In this document: one piece after another, positions 1-15,863 of the stretch
How the letters are laid out: the number at the start of each line of letters is the position of its first letter
How positions within the stretch are numbered: position 1 is the first letter of the stretch
Source of the DNA: an uncultured Pseudomonadota bacterium
GTDB lineage: Bacteria > Myxococcota_A > Polyangia > Fen-1088
DNA length: 64,000 nucleotides
Direction: 5' to 3'
NCBI GenBank assembly: GCA_963847705.1
Contig: CAWKBC010000011.1
Coordinates: 1-64,000 of the forward strand
Notes under the pieces: generated by a model
The model's database searches: none
What the model was told of the DNA's origin: nothing
Seen by the model: the letters and a program-made list of their open reading frames with translations, nothing else
Made by a program: the position numbers and the translations under genes

Positions 1-1031
1 AGCAGCGCGTTGCGCGGGGCCGACTTGGGGACGACGGCGTCGATGAGCTTGCGCTGCAGCAGGTCGTTCCAGACCTCGAGGTGCGAGAACGAATAGAGGA
101 CGCGACGGACGCGCGGGTAGTTGTCGCGCACGTGCTCGAACAGATCGTCGGTCTTCTGCCACTCGAGACGGTGATCGCAGAGCAGGACGTCGGGGCGTCC
201 GCTCGCGGAGCTGCGCCAGCGCGTCGCGCTTGGACGAGGCGACGCGCACGTTGTGATCGACCGAGAGAGAGCGCTGGAGGCCACGCGCCATCTTCGGCTC
301 GTCCTCCACCACCAGGATGTCCAGCCGCGCGCGACGCCCGCGGGTCGGGGAGCTGGGGCTCCCCAGCTCGGCGATCATGTCGGCGTTGGTGCTCGGGGGC
401 GCCAGCTCGCGCCGCCAGAGCGCATCCAGCCGCACCATGTCGGTGACCAGATCCTCCGTCTTGCTCGAGGATCTCCTGCACCGCAGAGGCCAGCCGATGG
501 AGCGTCCCGTTCGAGCCTTCGGCGGTCTCCGGACTTGCAGGAGAGGCGGCGGCAACAGTCGGCCCCACGCGCCCCGGTCAGCTCGCGGAAGCAACCGTGG
601 ACGCGGCGGAGGCCCGCCCGGGCCAGGCGCAGCTCGCCGGCGACCGCCAGCTTGATCGCCTCTTCGTTGACGGCCGGCGGCGTGGGCGTGGCGAAGAAGA
701 CCGGCGTCTGCAGCGCGCTCGGCAACGCCCCCTCGGGGACCTCCACGGTGTAGAGGCCTGAGCGGTGCATCGCCAGGAAGCGCGTCACCTGGGTGACGTT
801 CTTAAACACCCAGGCGTACCCGCGTTGCAGCGGCGCGTTCATCTCCCGGGTGATCGCCTGAACATCGCACAGCTCGGCGAGCGCCAGGCCGTACCAGGGC
901 TCCTCGTCGGAGACGATCAGAATCTCGCCCCGATACGGCGTGCGGAAGCTCTTGTAGGCCGTGGTCGTCGCGCCGGCGGCGATTTGCGACGCCCAAGGTT
1001 CCCGTACGGCAATGGCCTTGACGACTCTCAT
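1..1031 (-). CDS. ASCH-domain protein, probably fused to a C-terminal response-regulator receiver domain (frameshifted, runs off the window)
   Basis: ATG at 1031 gives MRVVKAIAVREPWASQIAAG..KSFRTPYRGEILI..YAWVF (ASCH-like). Manual minus-strand translation of 330->1 gives LDILVVEDEPKMA..PDVLLCDH..RVLYS..VVPKS (receiver). Joining the two needs several frameshifts. Confidence 0.55.
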
Positions 1032-1118
1032 CGTTCGTCCGAGCTTCAAACGGTAACACAAGGCGAACGGAAACGCAGCCCCCGAAATTCTCGTGCCAAC
1101 GACGACGCGGATCACGGG

Positions 1119-3014
1119 TCAAGTCGGTCCGCCGGCAACGCCGGCTGGTCCGCCGGCCCCCCCCGTCGGTCCACCGGCAACCTCAGCCGCCCCGCCGGCA
1201 GTCCCGGCCGCTCCGCCGGCCGCCCGATGCTGGGCCGGGCCGCTTCCGTTGGACAGATTTCTGGCGGTGTTCACCAGCGCGACGTGGGTGAAGGCCTGCG
1301 GGAAATTGCCGGTCAGTCTCTTCGCCACCGGGTCGTACTCCTCCGAGATGAGGCCGACGTCGTTGCGCAGGGCGAGCAATCGTTCGTAGAGAGCGCGCGC
1401 CTCGTCGCTGCCGCCCCACAAAGGCGAGGTTGTCGGCCAGCCAGAACGAGCAGGGGAGAAAAATCCCTTCTCCGGGCGGCAGGCCGTCGACGCTCGCGAG
1501 CTCGAGCGAGAGGTAGCGACGGACGAACCCGTCGTGCAACAGCTCCCGCTCGATCGCCTCCAGCGTGCCGCGCACGCGCGGATCGTCGGGCGGAAGAAAG
1601 CCGACCAGCGGGAACATGAGCGCGCTCGCGTCCAGCTCGCGCGAGCCGTAAAACTGGGTGAACGTGTTGCGCGCCGCATCGAACCCGCGCGCGCAGACGT
1701 CGGCGTGAATCTGGTCGCGCAACGCGCGCCAGCGCTCGAGGCGGCCCAGCGAAGCCGAACCGCTCGATCATCTTGACCGAGCGATCGACCGCCACCCAGG
1801 CCATCACCTTGCTGTGGGTGAAATCGCGCCGGGGACCCCGCACCTCCCAGATCCCTTCGTCCGGGGTCTGCCAGACCGATTCGACGAAGTCGACCAGGCC
1901 CGTGCTGGAGCGCCCAGGCGTCGTCGACGTCGCGGGAGGTCGGCCCGCTGGGCCTGGTAGAGGCAGTCGATGACCTCGCCGTAGACGTCGAGCTGAAACT
2001 GATTGCTGGCGGCGTTGCCGATGCGCACCGGCCGGGAGCCCTCGTAGCCGGGGAGCCAGTCGAGCGTCTGTTCGGTGAGCCGCCGCTCGCCCGCCGGGCC
2101 GTAAAGGATCTGCGCGTGCTGCGGATCGCCGGCCACGGCGCGCAGCAGCCAGTCGCGCCAGGCCTGGGCCTCGCGCTTGTAGCCCGCGATCATGAGCGCG
2201 TAGAGCGTGAAGGTCGCGTCGCGCAGCCAGCAGAAGCGATAGTCCCAGTTGCGCACGCCGCCGATCCGCTCGGGCAGCGAGGTGGTCGGCGCCGCCACGA
2301 TCCCGCCGGTGGGGCCGTAGGTGAGGCTCTTGAGCGTGATCAGCGAGCGCAGCACGTCGTCGCGCCACGGGCCGCGGTAGGTGCTGGCGGCCGACCAGCG
2401 GCGCCACCACTTCTCGGTCTCTGCGAGCGCGGCGTCGGGATCGATCTTGCGCCAGCGCCGATCGTGGCGCGGGACTCCAGGCCATCACGAAGCGCGCCCG
2501 CTCCCCGGCGTGGAGCAGGAAACGCGACGACAGCGCCTCCGGCTCGACCGTCATCGGGGACGTCGGCGTCGAGCGCCACCGCGTCGGGACCGCTCACCGC
2601 CCAGCGCACGCCACGCTCCTGGTGAATCCAGGGCCGGTAGGCGCCGTACCCGAAACGGAGCGCCAGCTCGCTGCGAACGGGGACCTCGCCGCGCAGGCAC
2701 TCGACGACGCGGACCACGTCGGGGACGCGATCGCGCGGCGGCATGCAGTCGGTGACGCGCAGGAGGCCACCCTCGGTGGTGAATTCGGTCTCCAGGATCA
2801 GCGTGTCGGGACGGTAGCGGCGGCGGACCGCGGTGACCGGGACGTCGGGCGCCAGCAGCCAGCGGCCGTGCCGCTCGTCCCCCAGGAGCGCCGCGAAGCA
2901 GGCGTCGGAGTCGAACCGCGGCAGGCAGAGCCAGTCGATCGAGCCGTCGTTGCCCACCAGCGCCGCGGTCTGCGTGTCGCCGATGACGGCGTAGTCTTCG
3001 ATTCGCAGCGGCAT
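1119..3014 (-). CDS. Glycoside hydrolase family 15 (trehalase/glucoamylase-like), split by frameshifts
   Basis: ORF pieces 2340-3014, 1804-2355, 1183-1722 and 1119-1679 carry IEDYAVIGD, SIDWLCLPRFDS, GGIVAAPTTSLPE..RNWDYRFCWLRD, FLPCSFWLAD and EEYDP..GNFPQAFTH. Confidence 0.9.
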
Positions 3015-3021
3015 CGGCCGC

Positions 3022-4662
3022 TCAGTTCGCGCCGCGCCGCGCCTCCGCCCGCGCCGGGGCGGCGGTCGACCGCGCGGCGATGGTCGGCGGGCGGGTCCTG
3101 CGGCAGCTCGACGGTGAAGGTCGCCCCCAGCTCGGGGCGGCTGTCGACGCTCACCGTCCCGCCCAGCGCCTCGACGATCTGCTTGACGATCCAGAGGCCG
3201 AGACCGATGCCGGCATAGTTGCGGCTCGACGCCGCGCGCTCGAAGCGCCGGAAGATCCGATCTTGATCCTCCGCCGGGATGCCCAGCCCATGGTCATGGA
3301 CCGCCAGCACGGCGCGATCGCCCGTCACGTCGACGGTGATCTCGATCGGCTTGCCGGCGCCGTACTTGATGGCGTTCGAGAGCAGGTTGGTGATCACCTG
3401 ATCGAGGCGGCTGGCGTCCCAGGCGCCGACGGCCTGCGTCGTGCCCGCGGACGTCGAGCGCGCAGCCGCGCCGCCGCGCCTCGTCGCCGAGCCGGGTCCG
3501 GACCTCGTCGACCACCGCCACCAGATCGACCTCCTCGATCTTCAGCTCCAGCCGGCCGGACGCGATGCGCGACACGTCGAGCAGCTCGTCGATGAGGTGA
3601 TTGAGCCGCGCCGCCTGGGCGTCGATCCGTTCGGCGCGCTGGATGACGTCCCCGGCCGCCTGGCCGGCGTTGCGGCGGGCGAACCGCAGCAGGTTCTCCA
3701 CCTCCAGCCGCAAGCGAGGTGAGCGGGCGTGCGGAGCTCGTGCGAGGCGACGGAGAGGAAGTCCTCGCGCAGGCCGATCGCCTCGCGCAGCACCTGCTCG
3801 GCCTTCTTCTGATCGTCGATGTCGGTCGCGGCGGCGATCCAGCCGGTGATGGCGCCTGCCTCTGCGCCCTCGCCGTCGCTCCCCCGCTCCGGCACCACGC
3901 GCGCCAGGTGCCAGCGGTACGTCCCGTCGGAGGCCCGACGGAGGCGGATCTGCCGCTCGAAGGGCTCCTTGCGGGCGAAACCCTCCTCGAAGGCCTCGCG
4001 GACGCTGACGCGATCCTCGGGGTGCAGCGCGTTCCAGAGCGATTCGCCGGTCACGGCCCCCGCCTCGTGGCCGAGGTAGTCGAGCCCGGCCCGGTTCCAG
4101 AAGGTGATGCGCCCGCTCGGCGTCGGAGGCCCAGATGCTCTGTGGCATCACGTCGAGGAGGTGGCGGTAGCGCTCCTCGCCGGCCCGCAGGAGCGCGTCG
4201 CGCTCGTGCTCGCGCAGCAGCTTCGCCTGCGCCTTGAGCTGCTCTTCCTTCAGATAGAGATCGACGAACACCTGCGTCTTCGAGCGGAGGATGTCGGGAT
4301 CGAAGGGCTTCACCAGGTAGTCGACCGCCCCCTCGGAGTAGCCGCGAAAGACGTGGGCGGCGTCGCGCCCCACCGCCGTGATGAAGATGATCGGAATGTA
4401 GCGGCTGCGCGGCCGCTGCTTGATCAAGCTGGCGGTCTGAAAACCATCCAGGCCGGCCATCTGGACGTCCAGCAGGATGAGCGCGAAGTCGCGCCGCAGG
4501 AGGTGCCGAAGCGCCTCCTCGCCGGAGGAGGCCGTGACCAGCTCGTGTCCGAGCGGGGCGAGGATCGCCTCCAGCGCCACCACGTTCGCGGGGTGGTCAT
4601 CGACCAGCAGGATGCTGGCGCTTTGTCGGAGAGGGCGGCGGGGGCGGTTCTGGCACGTTCAC
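3022..4662 (-). CDS. Hybrid sensor kinase (receiver-PAS-HisKA-HATPase), frameshifted; ends approximate
   Basis: ILLVDD..FALILLDVQM..DYLVKPF receiver; YRWHLAR PAS/PAC; SHELRTP H-box; NLLSNAIKY and GIGLGLWI G-boxes, spread over ORFs 3294-4583, 3542-4054 and 2798-3397. Confidence 0.85.
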
Positions 4663-4663
4663 C

Positions 4664-9814
<5,151 letters not shown>

Positions 9815-9979
9815 GCGTTGTCCCCTCTTGCCGACTGGCGGTGGTTTGACCGGCGAGGCCCGGCCAAACCACCCCCTCGTTCCAAGAAGCCGCCGAAAAT
9901 CAGTGAAATTCCTAAGTAGTCACTCATACGGCTCCCGCAAGGGGAGACCCGGATCTTTGATCACGCCTGGACGCCTCCC

Positions 9980-11191
9980 ATGACAGTCGACCCCAGTTTT
10001 TCAGGCTTACCCGGCCTCCACGACGCGCCGGGACCAAAGGCGGCCCCGCTCTCTGCCGTGCTCGGCGTGACGGTGCTGGGCTCCGTCAGCAGCGGGACGT
10101 TCTGGGCCGGCCTCTTCTTCGTCACGGCGCAAAAGTACGGCTTCTCGGTCTTCGCCAACCTGGTTCTGGCCACCGCCATGGGCGCCGTCTACACGCTCGC
10201 CGCGCGCGTGGCGGGGCGGCTCGCCCACGGGCGCGTTCCGCGCCGCGTGATGTCGCTGGCGCTGGCGACCTGGACCGCGGCTGCGCTGCTGCCCCTGCTG
10301 CTCCCGGGCGCGGTGAGCGCGCTCTGGATCGCCGCGCTGGTCGGCTCGGCCGCCTCCGCGACCACCTTCCCGGTCGTGGAGAGCTACCTGACGGCCGGAC
10401 GCCACGGCGCCGAGATGCGCTCGGCGATCGGCAAGTTCAATCTGACCTGGACCCCCGCCACCGCGCTGCCGCTGTTGCTGCTCCCCCTGTTCGGGCCAGA
10501 CAAGATGCTGGGGAGCTTCGCGATCTCGGCGGCCGCCAGCGGCCTCGCCCTGCTGGCGGCGCGCGCCCTGCCGCTGCACCCGGCACCCCACGGGCAGGAG
10601 GCGGCGCAGGCTGCGGTGGGACCGGAGTACCCCGCGCTCCTCCGGGCGGCCTCGTGGCTGCTTCCGTTCAGCTACGTCATCTCCGCCACGCTGGCGCCGG
10701 TGTTGCCGCACCGGCTGGCGGCCGTCGGCGTCGGCGCATCGGCCAGCTTCGTCGCCGCGATCTGGATGGCGACCCGGTTCGGCGCGCTCCTGTTGATGTG
10801 GCGGAGCCGCTTCTGGCACGGGCGCTGGGAGACGGTCGGCGCGGCCGGCGTGGCGCTGGTCGGGGGCCTGGCGCTCGTCCTCCTGGCCAACTCGCTGCTG
10901 GTCCTGATCGCCGGCCTCCTGGTCTACGGCGCCGGGATGGGCCTCACCTATTACATGTCCCTCTACTATTCGATGGCGATCGGGCACGGTGCCGTCGACG
11001 CCGGCGGCAACTTCGAGGCGTTGATCGGCGTCGGCTACTGCGTGGGTCCGTTCCTGGGGATCGTCGGACAGGTGGTGGCCGGCCCGGCGCGGGGCGACGC
11101 GGCGACGGTCGCGCTGACCTGGCTCTGCACGGCGCTCGCCGCGCGCGGCGTCGTTCGCCCCTACCTGGAGGGCCGCCGCCGCAGGCGCTGA
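9980..11191 (+). CDS. MFS-type membrane transporter
   Basis: 403 aa with about 12 hydrophobic segments in two halves. Confidence 0.65.
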   Translation: MTVDPSFSGLPGLHDAPGPKAAPLSAVLGVTVLGSVSSGTFWAGLFFVTAQKYGFSVFANLVLATAMGAVYTLAARVAGRLAHGRVPRRVMSLALATWTAAALLPLLLPGAVSALWIAALVGSAASATTFPVVESYLTAGRHGAEMRSAIGKFNLTWTPATALPLLLLPLFGPDKMLGSFAISAAASGLALLAARALPLHPAPHGQEAAQAAVGPEYPALLRAASWLLPFSYVISATLAPVLPHRLAAVGVGASASFVAAIWMATRFGALLLMWRSRFWHGRWETVGAAGVALVGGLALVLLANSLLVLIAGLLVYGAGMGLTYYMSLYYSMAIGHGAVDAGGNFEALIGVGYCVGPFLGIVGQVVAGPARGDAATVALTWLCTALAARGVVRPYLEGRRRRR

Positions 11192-11334
11192 CGACTGGCC
11201 ACAGATTCGCCGCGGTCGTTACCTGTTCGTCACAATCGTGGCCATTTCGATCGCCTGTGAAACATGACTTAACGAACTCGTCGCGGTGTCGTTGGCGCAC
11301 GCCCCAACGAACGGGGGTAACAACGAGTCTCAGC

Positions 11335-12459
11335 ATGGCGTCCATACAGCTGCTGGGGCGAGCTCGAGAGGCATTTCACGCTGCGGACCCGTTCGGTCCG
11401 CGCATCAACCGTCTGGCGTTGGTCACGGACGCCTGGCGCCCACAGACCAACGGCGTGGTCAACACGCTGGTGCGGTTGGTGAAGCACCTCGAGCTGGGGG
11501 GGATGGAGGTGATGGTGGTCGCGCCCGACGCCCACTTCACCCTGCCCCTCCCCTCGTATCCCGAGATCCGGGTGGCCTGCGATCCCTGGAAGGCGATCGG
11601 CCGCATCCGCGGCTTCGCCCCTGACGCCGTTCACGTGGCGACCGAGGGGCCGCTCGGCTTCTCGACGGTGGCCTGGCTGCGCTACAAGAAGCTGCGCTTC
11701 ACCACCAGCTTTCACACCCGCTACCCGGAGTACCTCAGCGCGCGCGTCCCCGTCGTCCCGGTCTCCTGGGGCTACGATCTCGTGCGTTGGTTCCATGGGC
11801 GCGCGGAGCACACGCTGGTGAGCTCGATGTCGCTGCTGCACGAGCTCGAGGGCAAGCGGGTTGGCGGGCGACTGGTTCATTGGCCCCGCGGTGTCGACGC
11901 CGACGTCTTCAACCCGACGCACCGGCGCGACGACGTCTACGCCGGGGTGCCAGGGCCGATCTGGCTTTACGTCGGGCGGGTGGCCGTCGAGAAGAGCCTG
12001 GAGGACTTCCTGAAGTTGCCGCTGCCGGGCACCAAGGTGGTGGTCGGCGACGGTCCCTCGCGCGAGGAGCTGCAGCGCAGCTATCCCGATGTGCTGTGGC
12101 GCGGCTACCAGTTCGGCGCCGAGCTGTCGGCGCACTTCGCCAGCGCCGACTGCTTCGTCTTCCCTTCGCGCACCGAGACGTTCGGCAACGTCATCCTCGA
12201 GGCGCTCGCCTCGGGACTTCCGGTGGCATCGGTCCCCGCGCCCGGTCCGGTCGATCTGATCATCGAAGGCGTGAACGGCGCCATTGACGACGATCTTCAC
12301 GCCGCCTGCCTGCGCGCCCTCCCCTGCCCGCGCGAGCGCGCGCGCACCAGCGTGGTCAAGCGGACCCTGCGCGCCGGCCACGATCTCTTCCGCGCTCACC
12401 TCGTCCCGCTGCGCCCCGAGCGCGCCTTCTCCGCTCCGCGCGCGGCCGAGGCGGCCTGA
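11335..12459 (+). CDS. GT4 family glycosyltransferase (glycolipid synthase-like)
   Basis: ATG at 11335; VTDAWRPQTNGVVNTL, HVATEGPLG, SFHTRYPEY, YVGRVAVEK and FPSRTETFGNVILEALASGLPV. Confidence 0.9.
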   Translation: MASIQLLGRAREAFHAADPFGPRINRLALVTDAWRPQTNGVVNTLVRLVKHLELGGMEVMVVAPDAHFTLPLPSYPEIRVACDPWKAIGRIRGFAPDAVHVATEGPLGFSTVAWLRYKKLRFTTSFHTRYPEYLSARVPVVPVSWGYDLVRWFHGRAEHTLVSSMSLLHELEGKRVGGRLVHWPRGVDADVFNPTHRRDDVYAGVPGPIWLYVGRVAVEKSLEDFLKLPLPGTKVVVGDGPSREELQRSYPDVLWRGYQFGAELSAHFASADCFVFPSRTETFGNVILEALASGLPVASVPAPGPVDLIIEGVNGAIDDDLHAACLRALPCPRERARTSVVKRTLRAGHDLFRAHLVPLRPERAFSAPRAAEAA

Positions 12460-12551
12460 GGCGCGAGCGGATGCGACATCGCGTGAGGTCGAGACGGCTT
12501 CGCCGGCTCGACCTCGTCGCGGGGGGCGCGGGACCCTCCCAGGGTCCCGAA

Positions 12552-13424
12552 CTAGACGCCCGGAAGCCGCAGGAGCGGCTGGCCCATCTTGATGGTGGTC
12601 CCCTGGCTGATCCCGTCCGCGAGCGAGAATCCGTCCGGCGCGAACACGATGATGGTGGATCCGAGCTCGAACCAACCCATCTCCTCGCCCTTGCGGAAGG
12701 TCGCGTCGCAATGCACGGCGCGTGGCCCCTCGTACGCCAGATGCAACGGCACGTCGAGGAAGCGGAGCCGGATGCTGGCGACCAGGATCGAAGCCACCGG
12801 CACCAGGGTGACGACGTGATCTCCCACCCCGAGCCGGGTCTGAATGACGGCGTGCTCGTTCTTGCAGTAGAGCTTCTCCACGCGGTTGACGGCGATCGGG
12901 TTGGTGTTCCAGGTGTCGCCCGAGAAGTAGTTGAGGTGAACGACGCGGCAGTCGTGCGGGGCATGGAAGCGGTGGTACATGCTCGACGTCAGCCGCAGGG
13001 TCACGTAGCGTCCGTTGCGGTAGAGTCGTTCGAGCACCGGGTCGTCGAGGAGATCGTGCAGCGTGTAGGAGAGCCCTTTGGCCTGAATCACCACGTCGCC
13101 GTCGACCGTCCCCGAAGCGCCCACGATGGCGTCGCAGGGGCTCACCAGCACGTTCGGGTCGGGATCGATCGGCCGTACGCCGGGCTTGAGCTCGCGGATG
13201 AAGCAGTCGTGCAGGCTGTCGAACGACGGCTTGGCCGCCTCGTCGAGATTGGGCTCGGCGAACAGGCACCAAAGCCCGATCGAAAGATCGCGCACCAGCG
13301 GCTGGCGGATCTTGCTCACCCAGCCGACGAACTGGGTCGCCAGGCGGCGCGGGATGCGATTCGTCAGCAAGAAGTTGAGCTCTTCCTGCTGGCCGAAGCG
13401 GGCCAATATGGATCGAGCGGTCAC
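12552..13424 (-). CDS. psd: Phosphatidylserine decarboxylase-family proenzyme
   Basis: FIRELKPGVRP, SPCDA, QAKG, YHRFHAP and the pyruvoyl self-cleavage motif FELGST. GTG start at 13424 is inferred. Confidence 0.85.
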   Translation of the reverse strand: MTARSILARFGQQEELNFLLTNRIPRRLATQFVGWVSKIRQPLVRDLSIGLWCLFAEPNLDEAAKPSFDSLHDCFIRELKPGVRPIDPDPNVLVSPCDAIVGASGTVDGDVVIQAKGLSYTLHDLLDDPVLERLYRNGRYVTLRLTSSMYHRFHAPHDCRVVHLNYFSGDTWNTNPIAVNRVEKLYCKNEHAVIQTRLGVGDHVVTLVPVASILVASIRLRFLDVPLHLAYEGPRAVHCDATFRKGEEMGWFELGSTIIVFAPDGFSLADGISQGTTIKMGQPLLRLPGV

Positions 13425-13444
13425 GGAACCAGGAGGAGACGTTG

Positions 13445-15097
13445 ATGACATTGGCCCTCTATGCGTTGAGTGCGGCTGGCACCGTCGGAGTGACGGCGTC
13501 TTTGCACCGGGTGACGACACGACTGACGTTGTCCAAGGCGAAGCACCCCTCGCTGCGCGGCCACGCGAAGATGTCGCGCTTCTTCGCCAAGCTGGTGCCC
13601 TTCTACGAGTACGACGAGGCCCGCTTCTTCCGCACCGACGGCGCCCCCGACGCCGTTACCGAGCGGCGCCGCGCCGGGTTCATGGCGCTCGCCGAGATCT
13701 ACAAGCAGCGCTACGCCGAGACGGTGAAGCTGACCCGCGAGGTGGAGTCCGGCATCTCCGACCTGCAGTTCACCGCCTCCTACCGGGTTCCGTTTCAGTA
13801 CAGCCGGTTCGTGCGGCAAAATCTCTCCGCCGGCGCCTTCGTCAGCTCGTCGGCCGGCGTCCAGGTGACCGATCTCGACGGGAACGAGGCCTACGATCTG
13901 ACCGGCGCCTACGGCGTGAACGTCTTCGGCTACGACTTCTACAAGCAGTGCCTCGACCGCGCCTTCGAACGCGCCCGCACCCTCGGGCCGGTGCTCGGCC
14001 CCTACCACCCGGTGGTGGCCGACAACGTGAAGCGGCTGCGCGAGATCTCCGGGCTCGACGAGGTCTCCTTCCACATGTCGGGGACCGAGGCGGTCATGCA
14101 GGCGGTGCGCCTGGCCCGCTACCACACCCGCCGCTCGCACCTGGTCCGCTTCTGCGGCGCCTACCACGGCTGGTGGGGCGACGTGCAGCCGGGCGTGGGG
14201 AACCCCACCCCGGCGCACGAGACCTACACGCTGAAGGAGATGGACGAAGACTCGCTGCGCGTGCTGCGCAGGCGGAACGACATCGCCTGCGTGCTGGTCA
14301 ACCCGCTGCAGGCGCTGCACCCCAACGCCAACGCCCCCAGCGACTCGACGCTGCTCGCCAGCGACCGCACCGCGCAGTTCGATCGCGCCGGCTACACCGA
14401 GTGGCTGAAGAAGCTGCGCGCGGTCTGCCGCGAGCGCGGCATCGTGCTCATCTTCGACGAGGTCTTCGTGGGGTTCCGGCTGGCGCCGCGCGGCGCGCAG
14501 GAGTACTTCGGCGTCAAGGCCGACATGGTGACCTACGGCAAGACGCTGGGCGGCGGCCTGCCGATCGGCGTCCTCTGCGGGCGCAAGGAGCTGATGAAGC
14601 GGTTCCGCGACGATCGCCCGGCGGACATCTGCTTCGCCCGCGGGACCTTCAACGCGCACCCCTACGTGATGACCGCGATGAACGAGTTCCTGCACCGGAT
14701 GGAGACCCCGGAGGTCCGCACCCTTTACAAGAACCTCGACGACACCTGGAACGGACGCGCGCAACGCCTCAACCGGCGCCTCGCCGACGAGGGGCTTCCG
14801 GTGCGCGTGGCGAACCTGCAGACGATCTGGACCGTCCTTTACACGCAGCCGTGCCGCTACAACTGGATGCTTCAATTCTATCTGCGGGCCCAGGGGCTGG
14901 CGCTGTCCTGGGTGGGGACCGGCCGCTTCATCTTCAGTCTCAACTACAGCGACGCCGACTTCGACGCCGTGGCCGACAAGTTCCTGGCCGCCGCCCGCGC
15001 GATGCAGGCTGACGGGTTCTGGTGGTCCAGCCCCTCGCTGACCGACAAGACCATCAAGCGCGGCATCCTTCGGGAGATGCTCGCGCGCCGGCTCTAG
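13445..15097 (+). CDS. Class III PLP aminotransferase (glutamate-1-semialdehyde aminomutase-like) with N-terminal extension
   Basis: RBS AGGAGG at 13431; SGTEAVMQAVRLAR, GAYHG, IFDEVFVGFR, TYGKTLGGGLP (PLP lysine) and GTFNAHP. Confidence 0.85.
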   Translation: MTLALYALSAAGTVGVTASLHRVTTRLTLSKAKHPSLRGHAKMSRFFAKLVPFYEYDEARFFRTDGAPDAVTERRRAGFMALAEIYKQRYAETVKLTREVESGISDLQFTASYRVPFQYSRFVRQNLSAGAFVSSSAGVQVTDLDGNEAYDLTGAYGVNVFGYDFYKQCLDRAFERARTLGPVLGPYHPVVADNVKRLREISGLDEVSFHMSGTEAVMQAVRLARYHTRRSHLVRFCGAYHGWWGDVQPGVGNPTPAHETYTLKEMDEDSLRVLRRRNDIACVLVNPLQALHPNANAPSDSTLLASDRTAQFDRAGYTEWLKKLRAVCRERGIVLIFDEVFVGFRLAPRGAQEYFGVKADMVTYGKTLGGGLPIGVLCGRKELMKRFRDDRPADICFARGTFNAHPYVMTAMNEFLHRMETPEVRTLYKNLDDTWNGRAQRLNRRLADEGLPVRVANLQTIWTVLYTQPCRYNWMLQFYLRAQGLALSWVGTGRFIFSLNYSDADFDAVADKFLAAARAMQADGFWWSSPSLTDKTIKRGILREMLARRL

Positions 15098-15188
15098 CAC
15101 CGTCTCCAACCCGGGCACGAACATGGGCCAGTCCCCTGGCTCAGCGCCCGCTGATTCGGCAGGGAGCGCCTGCCCGGACTGCCCCGGA

Positions 15189-15365
15189 CCGGGCCGCCCA
15201 GGACCAGACCGCCCGAGGCCAGACCGCCCAAGGCCAGACCGCCCGAGGCCAGACCGCCCGAGGCCAGACCGCCCGAGGCTAGACCGCCCGAGGCCAGACC
15301 GCCCGGGACCAGACCGCCCGGGGCCAGACCGCCCGAGGCCAGACCGCCGGAGGCCAGACCGCCCG
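15189..15365 (+). repeat. 15-bp tandem repeat CCAGACCGCCCGAGG, about 11-12 copies
   Basis: Read directly; units start at 15204, 15219, 15234 and continue to 15354. Confidence 0.95.
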
Positions 15366-15456
15366 CTCTCAGAACCGCCCGCTGGGTTGAAGGCGAACCG
15401 CGGGCCGCGCGGAATCGAGGGCCGCCCGCGCGATTCGCCCCCATCCTCCGCACGGG

Positions 15457-15524
15457 ACTTTTTTCCGGCGGCGGGGAGCGCAGCCGTCGATTTGGGAGGG
15501 GGCTCCCCGCCGCCGGAAAAAAGT
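15457..15524. repeat. Perfect 23-bp inverted repeat with a 22-nt loop
   Basis: ACTTTTTTCCGGCGGCGGGGAGC (15457-15479) and GCTCCCCGCCGCCGGAAAAAAGT (15502-15524). Confidence 0.9.
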
Positions 15525-15706
15525 TCATTCGCGGAGGCGGACGACCGCTCGTGCGGGCGACCTTGATTCCGCGAATGCCCGGGGTTCACCTGTGGCGGAT
15601 TCATTTGCGCCGAGCTCGATTGCAAGCGTGGCGTCTGCGCCGAGCCGGTTGCAACCATGAGGCCCGCGCCGAGCTCATTGCGAGCGCGAGCGCGAGCAGC
15701 GAGCGC

Positions 15707-15793
15707 ATGGGCGGATGGGTGGATGGGCGAGTGGGCAGATGGGCGGATGGACGGATGGACGGATGGACGGATGGGTGGAAGGCGAATGGGCAG
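15707..15793 (+). repeat. Degenerate 8-bp tandem repeat (GGATGGRC), about 10 copies
   Basis: ..ggatgggt ggatgggc gagtgggc agatgggc ggatggac ggatggac ggatggac ggatgggt.. Confidence 0.85.
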
Positions 15794-15809
15794 GGGGACC
15801 GGAACTAGC

Positions 15810-15844
15810 AAAGGGCACGTGCGGCCGCAGGCTGCACGTGCCCT
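15810..15844 (-). terminator. Hairpin, probable terminator of the Mpo1-like gene
   Basis: AGGGCACGTGCGGCC-gca-GGCTGCACGTGCCCT, followed by a short T run on the minus strand, 20 bp after the stop codon. Confidence 0.55.
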
Positions 15845-15863
15845 CGAGGACGGCAATCAGGCC

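Noticed and set aside
13445-15097. Housekeeping hemL
   Set aside because: It is over 100 aa longer, has a divergent N-terminus and sits in a lipid-gene context, so no symbol was given.
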